Part shown: positions 11,901-24,391 of the stretch, piece after piece
Numbering within the stretch: position 1 is the first letter of the stretch
Layout: each line of letters opens with the position of its first letter
DNA from: Paraphysomonas bandaiensis
Lineage: Eukaryota; Protista; Chrysophyceae
Direction of reading: 5' to 3'
Assembly (NCBI GenBank): GCA_965644295.1
Contig: CBFFRP010000380.1
Location: 257,301 to 321,300 of the forward strand
DNA length: 64,000 nucleotides
Translations under genes and position numbers: made by a program
Notes under the pieces: generated by a model
The model's input: the letters and a program-made list of their open reading frames with translations, nothing else
Told to the model about the DNA's origin: nothing
The model's database searches: none

Positions 11901-14900
11901 ACCGTCACGGCAACCAACGGATTCACCGACTCGTGTACCGACCGTATCGCCAACAGTGGTTCCGACCAATGCACCAACAGATGTTCCCACTCGTTCGCCA
12001 ACGGCTGTACCAACAAATACACCGACACGGCAACCAACGGATTCACCGACTCGTGTACCGACCGTATCGCCAACAGTGGTTCCGACCAATGCACCAACAG
12101 ATGTTCCCACTCGTTCGCCAACGGCTGTACCAACAAATACACCGACACGGCATCCAACGGATTCACCGACTCGTGTACCGACCGTATCGCCGACAGTGGT
12201 TCCGACCAATGCACCAACAGATGTTCCCACTCGTTCGCCAACGGCTGTACCAACAAATACACCGTCACGGCAACCAACGGATTCACCGACTCGTGTCCCG
12301 ACCGTATCGCCGATAGTGGTTCCGACCAATGCACCAACAGATGTTCCCACTCGTTCGCCAACGGCTGTACCAACAAATACACCGTCACGGCAACCAACGG
12401 ATTCACCGACTCGTGTACCGACCGTATCGCCGACAGTGGTTCCGACCAATGCACCAACAGATGTTCCCACTCGTTCGCCAACGGCTGTACCAACAAATAC
12501 ACCGTCACGGCAACCAACGGATTCACCGACTCGTGTACCGACCGTATCGCCGACAGTGGTTCCGACCAATGCACCAACAGATGTTCCCATTCGTTCGCCA
12601 ACGGCTGTACCAACAAATACACCGTCACGGCAACCAACGGATTCACCGACTCGTGTACCGACCGTATCGCCGACAGTGGTTCCGACCAATGCACCAACAG
12701 ATGTTCCCACTCGTTCGCCAACGGCTGTACCAACAAATACACCGACACGGCAACCAACGGATTCACCGACTCGTGTACCGACCGTATCGCCGACAGTGGT
12801 TCCGACCAATGCACCAACAGATGTTCCCACTCGTTCGCCAACGGCTGTACCAACAAATACACCGACACGGCAACCAACGGATTCACCGACTCGTGTACCG
12901 ACCGTATCGCCGACAGTGGTTCCGACCAATGCACCAACAGATGTTCCCACTCGTTCGCCAACGGCTGTACCAACAAATACACCGTCACGGCAACCAACGG
13001 ATTCACCGACTCGTGTACCGACCGTATCGCCGACAGTGGTTCCGACCAATGCACCAACAGATGTTCCCACTCGTTCGCCAACGGCTGTACCAACAAATAC
13101 ACCGTCACGGCAACCAACGGATTCACCGACTCGTGTACCGACCGTATCGCCGACAGTGGTTCCGACCAATGCACCAACAGATGTTCCCATTCGTTCGCCA
13201 ACGGCTGTACCAACAAATACACCGTCACGGCAACCAACGGATTCACCGACTCGTGTACCGACCGTATCGCCGACAGTGGTTCCGACCAATGCACCAACAG
13301 ATGTTCCCACTCGTTCGCCAACGGCTGTACCAACAAATACACCGACACGGCAACCAACGGATTCACCGACTCGTGTACCGACCGTATCGCCGACAGTGGT
13401 TCCGACCAATGCACCAACAGATGTTCCCACTCGTTCGCCAACGGCTGTACCAACAAATACACCGACACGGCAACCAACGGATTCACCGACTCGTGTACCG
13501 ACCGTATCGCCGACAGTGGTTCCGACCAATGCACCAACAGATGTTCCCACTCGTTCGCCAACGGCTGTACCAACAAATACACCGACACGGCAACCAACGG
13601 ATTCACCGACTCGTGTACCGACCGTATCGCCGACAGTGGTTCCGACCAATGCAGCAACACATGTTTCCACAGGACACCCAACACAATTCCCGTCATTTCG
13701 TATTTTGAAACCGTCAATTTCGCTGCCGCTTCTCCCGACTAGTACCCCTTCCGTGTCGACAACATCTGTTCCTACAAGTCCAAGTGGCCATTTAGTTTTA
13801 TCGTACCGACCTACGGACTCTGCTACTGCACGACCAACTAGTGTGTCGAGTGGTATCCCTACTTTTGTTCACCCTGAACAACCAACAAACGTGCCGACTA
13901 TATTGCCAACGTTGCCTCACTCAATATTACCTACTACAGGACCAACGGATGTGCCCAGTGGTATCCCTACTTTCATTCCCAGTGAACACCCAACGAACTT
14001 ACCAACGTTTTCTCACTCAATAATACCTATTACAGGACCAACTGGTGTGCCCAGTGGTATCCATACTTCTATTCCCATGGAACGACAAATCGAAACCCCA
14101 ACATCGGTTCCATGGATGGCATCAACCGCTGTTCAAAGTTTTCATCCTACTTTGAAATCCACTGTAACTATTGCTTCTTTGATGCCGTCTTCGCTGTCCT
14201 CTGTAAGTGATTCGAATTCCTACACAACAGTTCCCACCTACTTAACCACTATTACAGCTCCAGTGTCTTTTTCCCCGACTTCGTCGTTGTCGTATGGGCC
14301 TACAGTATCACTTTCTGAGAAAGCAACTGCTAACCCGACTTACACACCTACGGATTATCGAGATAGAATCGACAATCCCACGCTCTGTCCATTTCTATTA
14401 CCAAGTCATGAGCCGTCTACGTACAACGTTTTGTCTCCACTTCAACATACCGCTTTTCCGACTGCTTTGAATACGGTAGTTCCGACTGTAGTGTCCACAA
14501 GACGTATATACCGTACCCCTCGTATTGTCGTCATGACAATCTGGAGTTCTCAGTACAGCGTTGCTGTCACTATTGGTTTGTCTGACCAGGGAACTGTTTT
14601 CTGCGGTCTGTTCAAGCATGGCACCGTTCAGCCGCCTGTCAATGCTATTGTTGCCCAAAATCGATTTGTGGCTATAGATTCATCATTGCAATTACGAACT
14701 GTGAGCTTGAAGGGACTTCAGCCGCTCACGATGTACGATATTTATTGTCTTGCGAAAGCGAATTTAGCAATCACCACGACAACTGAGATAGATTCATTCA
14801 GGAAAGTAACGTCTACGACTAGTTGCTGCAAGCAGGTCATTGTCACCCTGACTGGCACATATTTTGTGAGTGGGAATGTAGTGAAAAATTTTATTTCAAT

Positions 14901-17900
14901 CCATGCCACTGGCGCTCCATCTAATGATTTAGTGATTTCTCTTTCGATTGGTAATTCCAGTGGTTTATTGTCGAATATGCTATTCCCATCCAGTGTTACA
15001 CTGAATGGTAAGAATTGGGACAATATTCTCAAAGTTGCATTGACGGGTAGAAGTACCCCTGGCTCGTATTATACTTCCGTATCCCTCGGTGGCCCTTCTG
15101 CACAGGAATTTGAAGTTGTTTTTGGAAATAACGGAGTTCAATCTTTTATATTGGAGTCGCCTAATGTAGAACCAACAACCCCAAGATTATCAAGTGCTGC
15201 ATTTTCATCTGATGGTATGTATATCATAGTAGTCTTTGACTCTCCAACTGATCAAGCGAGGAAGTTGAGTTCATTCTCATGTGAAGATGTTCTTATACTG
15301 ACTGGTGCATCAGAGTCAAGTTGTCTGTGGAGTACGAGTTCGACTCTTACGATAACGCTTAAAGGTATAAATAGACCAGTGGTGGGAGATTATGTTTCTG
15401 TGCGTACGAACTCCGTTCGAGCTCAGTGTCGTACTGATTTATCAGTATGCGACCAGTGGACTTCTGTTCCCTCCATTTCAATACCTATCGTAGCTCCTCT
15501 AGTACCAATAATTCCGGTAGTAGCGATATCTGCTCCAAGTACTGTAGGACGGTGTGACGAGGTTCTGATCGACTTGACCTCATCATGGCCTTCTGGTGGT
15601 AGGCGCTGGTCATCTATTGCAGTAAATGTGACCAGCTCTAGTGTGGAATCCGCTGTGGCAGTTGAGCAGTTTTTTGTTACTCAGTATACCATAAGTCCAC
15701 CTACTTCTCTCCCACGCGGTGTGCTCGTAGCTGGTTACGTATACACCTTTGAAATCAAGTTATGCAATTTTCTTGGCGCATGTGGTATAGGGTTCCATCA
15801 AATTAGTGCTGTTGATTCTGCCTTACCAGTTGTTTCAATAGCTGGCCAACAGTCAAGGACAGTTAGCATGGCCTCCCCTTTACTTTTGCAAGCACAAGGG
15901 TACACTTCTTTTTGTGATGGCACTCGATCGTTTGCCAACTTGATTTATACATGGACGGCAAGCAGAGATGGTATAATAGACCACACTCTGACGTCGATAT
16001 CATCTGACAAAACTAAATTTAAACTTCCTGCGTTCGCCCTTCGACCAAATTCAGTGTATGACGTCGTGGTAACTGTAGTGAGCCCGCTGTCGGGTCTTTC
16101 CTCTAGTGCTGCGGTTCAACTGTCTGTTCCTTCTAGTAAGATTGTAGCGGCAATATCTGGAGCTACTGAGCGGACTATTCGACAGGGAGACATCTTAATT
16201 GTGGATACGGCGGGAAGCTATGACGAGGAATCACGAACATCGGCGGGGCTGTCGTTTTCGTGGTCGTGTTATCAGCAGGAGCCAACTCTCTCCTCAACTT
16301 GTGATTTGCAACTTCAGCCTGTATTATCGCATGTAGTGATTACATCTCCTTATTCCACACCCACGGGTAATGTGTATGCTATCACTGTTACGGTACATGA
16401 TTCCACTCGAGAGTCCCACGAAACGGTAATGGTAACAGTGACCGAACGGTCTGCGCCTCAACTGTCAATAACTTCAAGAAATGGAGCGATAAAAATTAAT
16501 CCCTCTGATGATTTAATACTTTATGGATCTGTATTACTACAGGATATGGCCACTGTAACATGGACTGTGGATGATCCATTGCTTGATTTAAAGTCTGTAT
16601 CTCGAACAGCGGCAACGGCGCCATTACGTCATGGGAGTCACCAGTTTAATCTTGTTATCCCAGCATTAGTACTGTCTCCGAAATCGACACCATATGTGTT
16701 TTCATTGATGTCGTCTGGAGCCAGGTCGTCTTTTGCAATCGCGGTTAATGTTCCTCCTTCCCCAGGAGTTTTTGAAGTTGTTCCTTCTAACGGCACTGCG
16801 ATGGTAACGAAATTTAAGTTTGCAGCCTCTGAATGGAGTGACGACGACATCCCATTATCTTATGAATTTGCCTATATAGAGACACACATTAGTAAAGTTG
16901 TTCACGGGCGATCAGAGTATTCCTTTGCAACGTCATTGCTTCCTCCAGGTAAATCCAATGATGACTTATTGCTGTGTCAAGTGCGAGTGTTTGATGTGCT
17001 CAATGCATATAGCTCTGAATCAGTGTCGTTAATAGTTAACGACCCCCAGATGACATCGTCGGCTCTATTGCGCACGATGGGGCATCTGATAAGCTCCAGT
17101 GATGGTAATATTGATGCTCAGAAGGAGACTTTATCTGTTGTGAGTTCCGTGCTGAACCGTAGGAATTGCTCCAGTGCTCCTCGGTGCTCAAATTTTAATC
17201 GAAATGGCTGCAGTGCTGTTGCAAATACTTGCGGGAATTGCTTACTGGGATATTTCGGTACTGATGGTGACGATAATTCAATGTGCCACCACCTGAGCAG
17301 TCTTGCTGTTTTTGTACCATCAAGGTTACCTTCTTTGTGTATGTCCGACTTCGACTGTGCCCCATGGGAATTTTGCTACGAAAATTCGATGAATGGGTTT
17401 CCGGTGTGCAATATAAAGCTGAAGGAATGTAAGGGTGGGTGTTCTGGTCACGGCATCTGCTTTTTTAGAGATCGCAATACCAGGTTAGAAATAAATGCAT
17501 GCTTTATGAGCGACTATACTTGTGAGGCTGTTTGCATATGCGAAAGCGGGTTTACAGGGAGTAATTGTGGCATGCACTACGAAGATTTTCTTGTTAAGCG
17601 GAATATTCGCAGTCAACTTGCATTCCTTTTGTACAATATTTCAAGGGTTGATGATGATTCAGCGGATAATATTGCATCGTGGGAATCATTATTGTCTTCA
17701 ATCACCCAAAACGTCCAAGAAATTTCTGTAGACATGGCTCGTGTAACGCTGAGTGTGGTGTCCTCTATTTTGAATGCGTCATATAGCTACACTTCTTCAT
17801 TGATGACTCTTTCCGGAGCCGTCAACTCCCTTGATGCTGTTGCAGAGGCAGCGGTGTTATTTCGTTCTCAGGGTCATAAAAGTTGGAGTTCCACTCGTGA

Positions 17901-20900
17901 TATTGTTGACTTGCTTGGTACATACGGTAGTACTATCACGGGATTGATGGAAGCAAGTGAGAGTTCTGTGGAAACAGTGGCCAATATGTTTCGGATTACC
18001 ACGACTTTTTATATTCCTGGGAGTGAGACACCCATCGTGATCCCGCAAACGAACATTGAACATTTCATGAATGTTTCTCCGATTTCTGTGATCTTGTCTT
18101 CTGAAAATGTAACAAATTATCAACGCGTTGTGTTGATTAATCTAAAATCAACGCTCTATAAAGACTTCAACAATTTTTCATCTGATGTTATGCGAATAAA
18201 GTTGATAGGTGATGACTCGCCCTCAATGACCATTGCATTAAGAAACTTTAATACCGAGATACCACTTGCGCAGAGAAGCTTCGTACTGAATACCACATGC
18301 GCTGAGAGTGATTTTTCTGTTCATAATTTGAATTGTCCAAGTGTCAATGGTGATATTAGAGTCACACATATATGTAACGGCTCTTTTGCTACAATTGAAA
18401 CCCACTGCCCTATTGTGGAGTGGCAGCGATCTTGCAAAGTACTAGACGGGGGAGCTGACTATAGTTGCTTTATGAAGTCATTTTCTCAAGTAAGCACTAC
18501 TTGTGTGTGCGATCCTGTTACAGCAATCAGAAGCGGTGAGGGACGACACCTCGCTGGCTCTTTTCACGACACCGGTATATTAGAGGTATGTGGATTTGGT
18601 ACTTAAATCGTGGAATGACCAAGTGGCGTGAAGGTTGTTGCAATTTCGACATTGATTGTAAACAGTTTCTTCACTACGGTGACTACTGCAGATGATCTAA
18701 ATTCGGTTTCTGACTTGGAAGATACCATTGTGGTGATTCTACTATATGGCATCTTGTAAGTGCATTTCCTTCTAGTTGTCTTCTGATTCTAGAATTACAG
18801 ATGGAGCGGGGGGCTCAGTGGCATCTTGTTGTGCTCTTTGCGGCAGTATTATGACTCTGATAGAGTGGTTGGCAAGGAGTCTGGCAAAAAGAAGGAAATT
18901 GCTAGATATACAATGGATAAAAGTGATGTCAAGGCCTACTTGACATCTTATGTAAACGAGGTTTTCCCGTCTGTTTACCGTACGAAACCGGCATTATTGC
19001 GGCTATGGGATGAAATATGCAAGCACCACCGGTAGATCGATAATACCATTTATGGCTGTTGTGTATTTCATACTTTTGTGACAGATACTTAGTGTTGTTC
19101 ACTGCTAATGGCTCCAATGGCGGTAGTGTGCGTATGCTCACAGGGGTACATCTGTTGACTGTACAGAGTATGCTGATGTTTATTCTGGGTAAGAACTTCA
19201 CTCAATATTTTCCATGTATTGAACTGTGCTTTGGTTGTAGCCGTATGTTATGATTTACAGTACCCGAATGATGAAGGTGAGTGCAGTGGATATACCACGG
19301 AGAGGGAATGTGTACGACGGAAATCTCCGTTTGATGTGGATACTTCTGTATGTCGCTGGGTTGAGGATGCTGATGCTGATGACTCATATTTGTGTGAATA
19401 TCCTCCGGAGGCATTCAACATCAGAGTAGGAATGTTATCAATCGATATCTGTTTTTATATCTCTTCAACAGAGCTTTGTCATTATATCTATCGTCGTGGC
19501 GATATTCACTGCTCCTATTAACCTGCTGTGAGTACTTAATAATTATAATGTCGTCGTTGTGTGACTGTTACTTGTTTTAGCGTTGATTTTTTATTTATCG
19601 AAGTTCTATCGGCACCAACAGCGAATGCTTTGAATGTGCGATCCGCAGATGAAACTGTGTTGAGAAACGCAATTCGCATAGGTCGCCGCATATCTGCCGT
19701 TACAATAGTGTCTGTGTCGGCTGCGCAACAACGGCTGATGAGGTTGCACCAACGTGCCTCCATACGAGGTGTATTTTCCCTCCAGACTATTCGTACAGTA
19801 CCCGAGGCTGCCTCCAATGCGCACTTGTTAGCTACTCGGTCTGCAGAGACTCTACTTGTGGATATACAAGATCGTATGGGCCATCTTGAAGCTCGACGAA
19901 AAACCATGCGCAAGGAATCTGAGTCTCTTCATTTAAAGCATAAGTTGGAAAAGCATAGAAAGTTTCTCAGAGAACGGACTTCTCGTGTACAGACAAAGAA
20001 AGAGTTACAATCTATTGAAATGGCAAATTATACAGATTCTACACTGCAAGACTTGTTTATCGAATTGACTGTCGACATATCGGAACAACGCCGGGTATTG
20101 AAGCGAATTCAGCAGGAAGGTTTTGATGCTATGTGGGGTGTGGACCCAACTGGAGAGTTCTCTCGACAGCGGGAGCTTACGTTTCTGTGTATCCCTCGCA
20201 CCTGCAGTGTGGAGCGAGCTATAAAGTCTGAATTGAAGTATGTTCGCGATGAAACTCAAGCGAAATTTGAGAAGCTGAGATTTGCTTCTGATGCTCAAAT
20301 TGGAATTGAGATATTGCATCAATTTTTGATGGATATACTGGGGCGTGACACTCCCGTTGCGAAAGTGAGTACTGTAACGTAGTTATGTTGTTTCTGACAC
20401 CCCATGATTAGATATTTTTGACCAAATCTGAAGAAGATTTTCGACATTCATACGTCGTCACGAAATTTGTTAAGGCGATAGCATGGAATTGTGTCGTTGT
20501 ACTAAATCTTTTTTTGTGAGTACCCCCCTATGCTTAAGTTTTATTCTTTATTGTTGCTACACCAGTGTTTGGTTTTCTATGCTACGTGGCCTTCAACGTG
20601 GATATCATTGGCAGGTAGGCCCAGTGTGAATATCGCAAAGAACTTGGGTTATTGATGTACTTTCACACAGAAACTCTACATGATTGCATGTGTGATGCAA
20701 CTCGTCATCGAAATATTGTTCTATGAGGTAAAGGCACTCTATTTTATAGATAAGGTATAATATTGTGTTTGTTTAGACGTCAGAGTGTGCTATTATTCAT
20801 TTTTTTATCCCTGACTTGGCGCGTAATGAGGTGCACACTGCTAGTTTTGCACTGCATCAAGCGGTAAATAAAATATGCTCGTCATCCCTAGATGCTGCTG

Positions 20901-22033
20901 CAAATGTCATACTTGATGCACCGCACTACCTCTTTGTGTCTACAAACCTGGCCAAGAGGTTTCCAAATCTACTCGAGAGTGCTATTGTAATGAGTTATCA
21001 CACCTACTCTCCTGGAGAGTTTTCCAAGAAATGGAGAGTGAGTCACTCAACTACGATTGACGCCAATGTCAGTCCATGGTCTCGGTCGAATAGAAGAGTA
21101 TCGAGGTTTGCTGTTTCCTCAGCACTGTTTGGATTCATGCAGCATATGGGAGCTATGTCTCCAACTGTTCAGCGTGTAACAATTCATAGCTTACAACCCC
21201 TCGTTGTCAGCAGCCTTTTTTTGCTGTGGGTGTCTCTCTGGACTTATCCATTGTGGAGTATTCCGGTGGCGTTTGTGATCATATACAAATTATATGAATG
21301 TGTCCGCGGTCATAAAATCGGGAGATATATTTCTCCAAATAACAACAGTGGTGACATTTACCCTTTGGTTGCTGATATTGAGATTGACACCAAGCCAGCA
21401 ATAGCTCAGCAGAGCATCCATAGTCGTGAAGTATCTGTTCCCGCCGCTTTACCCGTAGTGCGTTTAGAAATCAATGAATCTGATGTCAACACAACGAATG
21501 AGGAGTTAGTGCCTTTGAAGTCGGACTTAACAGATATTACGCACGATTTATCGAATGCTCAGCATAATTTCAGCAGAAAGAGCAATAGTTTTAATACGCA
21601 TGGGAAATCATTTAGTCGGGACAGCGAAGATTCGGATCCTTGTATGTGTATGCTTAATCAACGAAATGAACTCTGTAGTTATGACTTTGATGACGAGTCG
21701 TCTTTTACTACTGACCTCGGTGATTGTGATAACATTTCATATTCAGATTGTGATAGTGTTTGCCATGATTATAATTCATATACAGGTTATGATAGTGAAC
21801 GTGATGTCTCTCGTAAGCCATCCAGCGTAGGGGTTTCAGAAGCGTTGCGTGAAGTGTTTGACGAAGAGCTTCCACGTTTTGGTGTGGTTCAAAAAATATT
21901 TCGTTTTGTATCTGGCGAGTCTTTTACAGTGGACAACTCTGAGGAGAGTGAACAGGTGTATTCTGATAGCGATATCATTTATCATAATGGTTACGACGAT
22001 AGCGATACTTTGAACGAACAAATGCGATTTTGA
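8939..22033 (+). CDS. Giant multi-exon adhesion-receptor / polycystin-1(REJ)-like membrane protein, paralog B
   Basis: Exon 1 (8939-9077) encodes a signal peptide, MSLDDYIRALIFFAVVCFPILG...QRRLQ. A 44-nt GT-AG intron (9078-9121) joins it in frame to the 3141-aa ORF, which has the same domain order as paralog A. Further introns from about 18587 link TM exons and ORFs 19561-20382 and 20816-22033, ending in an acidic Ser-rich tail. Confidence 0.9.
9403..10060. repeat. Inverted block 1 partner (NHL)
   Basis: Reverse complement of 7221-7875. Confidence 0.93.
10231..13653 (+). repeat. Coding tandem array: about 28.5 copies of a 120-bp (40-aa) unit QPTDSPTRVPTVSPTVVPTNAPTDVPTRSPTAVPTNTPTR
   Basis: Exact 120-bp periodicity is visible in the sequence lines. 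There are five recurrent variant sites, one singleton and no indels. Confidence 0.98.
14824..17147. repeat. Inverted block 2 partner (REJ-like)
   Basis: Reverse complement of 2528-4851. Confidence 0.95.
18673..19399. repeat. Inverted block 3 partner (TM exons and introns)
   Basis: Reverse complement of 251-979. The 1-nt indel near 19230 lies inside an intron. Confidence 0.92.
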
Positions 22034-23440
22034 AAGAATGTGTGAGAATAATGTGTTGCAACATTATTTTTGATATATTTCGTGTGTACGATAATATAAA
22101 AATCTACTTGATAGTCTGTTGACGCATTCAAAGTACAATGTCGAATGACCTAGCAATGTAATAAGGTGATATAAAGCGAAATAGATTAAATCTTACGAAA
22201 AAAGAAGCTTAAGAACGGCATACTCTTTTTTATATATGAGTCCAGTTTACATAAATAATTTTATACAATATGAATGATTATCGGTAATATAATATGCGGT
22301 GCTTCATTGTATATTACGTAATCTGAAATTTTAAATGTCTTGAATTGACGGCGATGTGTTTGTATACTGACCGTGAACAAGATTTAAATACCGGAACTAT
22401 CAATGTCACAGCGAATTATGGTTGCAAATAGAGAAAAGCTAAGGAAGTCCCCTAGAATGCTATATATCCGGCTTCATGATATTGTACTAGGCTTTGTCAA
22501 CTGTGTATGCGAATATGATGCCGCATCATACGTTTGTATGTTGAATACACAATATTGAAGTTTAAAAGGCCGATTGGTGTTTATATGTGCCTTTGGCACT
22601 GTTCTTCAAACAGTGTCGGGTACATATATGATATAAACGGAAATAGAAGTATTAATATATAGATAGCTTGAATTATTAATATATTGCAGCTGTGATGAAC
22701 TTTTAATTATACTCTACAATATGACAATATAAGGCAACATTTACGGCTCACATTTCAATCTTACGTTTAAGCCTATTTTACTATATAAATACCTTTAGAT
22801 TGTTGAAGAAAGATTATGTCGTTAGACTGGATAGATTATTATTATTTCATAGGCAATAGCGTGTTGTCATAAAATAACGTGTTGCAACGTTTTTATACTT
22901 CTTTCATGTCTACCATTGAATAACTTCCGTATCTTGAATCGTCATAATATGTGATGTCATGATACTTCAGTTTCACAGTTATAGGTATATAGTATTTTTG
23001 ACTACGTACTGCGGTTTTCAAATTGTATTTAACGTATTCTACAGTTCTATCTTAGAGAAATATACGTATTTCAACAATTTATTTGCTCTGTAGTTTTTCA
23101 TTCGAGCGAACAAGGTGTACGGTTTCCTAACGAACTTTTATGTTGCGCTAGAGAAGAGTGCATATGCGACATTGAATTTGACTTTTTGAAAATTTTGGTT
23201 GATGCGTGATTTAGTCGATTTGACCACCAAGCCTGGAAAAGCAATTTCAGCAGGTTTTAGACACTAAACAAATAAAAGATTTAATATTGGTGCTTGTATA
23301 ATTTAAAACGATTTAAAAACTGCTGAATTACGAATTACATTTTATTGATTTGGAAACAAATAATGATTGCACCTATAACAATTGATAATTCAACTAATTG
23401 TTACACAAGCCTGGTGATAAGTGCCAAAAACTACTAGGTG

Positions 23441-23734
23441 TATTAGAATATGGATCTTATTCTAGTATATTCAGTATGTCACTTGAAGACAATGTACGAG
23501 AATACAGTGAAATATAGTGATGTACAAATGCTGTGATGATATTGAGAAACTGAAATAGTTTGATCTTTCAAGATATGTTCAGTAACGAGAGGTTCGCATA
23601 TGTAGGATATTATGCAGCGATTATAATGAGTTAGTGTTGGTTATCACAACTTCGTGTAAACGATATTAATAAATCTATCTAGTCTTACGACAAATTCTCT
23701 CTGTGATCTAGCTTAAAATGAGCAATTCTCAATA
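23441..23734. mobile_element. MITE-like element of about 294 bp, TA-flanked; second copy inverted at 55073-55368
   Basis: Near-identical reverse-complement copy 31.6 kb away with unrelated flanks. Ends are TA-TTAGAAT...ATTCTCAA-TA (short imperfect TIR, TA at both sides). Confidence 0.8.
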
Positions 23735-23739
23735 AGGTG

Positions 23740-23905
23740 GTATGTAGATGTTTGTGTTGAGTTTTGCTGTTTGAGCAATTAAAAGCTGTAATTCTAAGGT
23801 GTTGGAATTATGACCGTTAGTCGAAGAATACAGTAGTGATGAGCTGTATTATGAGAAGTGATATCATGACGATGTAAGATCGTACTAGAAATGAATGGTA
23901 GTAGA
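23740..23905. repeat. Dispersed non-coding repeat family (copies at about 43830-44060 direct and about 46295-46365 inverted)
   Basis: The core gttttgctgtttgagcaattaaaagctgtaattctaagg is recognisable in all three places, moderately diverged. Confidence 0.7.
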
Positions 23906-24391
23906 GATAACGTGATATATTGCTTATTATATTTATTATAATCTTCTCTTATCTTAACTTGATTAACGAGTGAATACTCGTCTCATATCTTGACAGTTTG
24001 CTGTTTTTTGCATTCCCTTATTGACTCACGCATATCATTTCTGGTGAAGTTGAGTCAGATATTTTTATGTTGTTACACGAACGAAGCTAATGTGGGTGTA
24101 GTAGTCGGAGGTACTACACAATTCACCTCATAGCTCAGATTAAAGAGTTGAATTTAAAAGTCATAATTAATTATTTATTCTGCAATAAAATAAATAACTT
24201 TATCCCTTTGACAGAGGGTACGTACGAACTACAGTATTTCTACATTTTAAAGGCATATAACATTCGAGCACATGTTACCACACTAACTTGATGGAATCTA
24301 GTACAAAATGGTGCAATAATTCAATTCTAGTAATCCATAACTCAGTTCACTGACGATAGAATAGTCAGCATCCAAAGTATAACCGCGCATA

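Noticed and set aside
10231-13653. CRISPR-like array
   Set aside because: Head-to-tail coding repeats with no unique spacers and no cas genes, in a eukaryotic context.
10104-13742. Long ORFs in four additional frames over the 120-bp array, including a Cys/Thr-rich frame resembling insect antifreeze repeats and an Arg/Gln/His-rich frame
   Set aside because: Any frame stop-free in one 120-bp unit stays open across the array. These ORFs begin and end at the array edges and lack signal peptides, and a single variant creates a TAG at 12314-12316 in one of them. Only the 9181 frame is continuous with flanking domains.
19200-19253. Apparent frameshift in paralog B relative to A
   Set aside because: The extra T lies within a GT-AG intron (about 19189-19240), so the spliced frame is intact.
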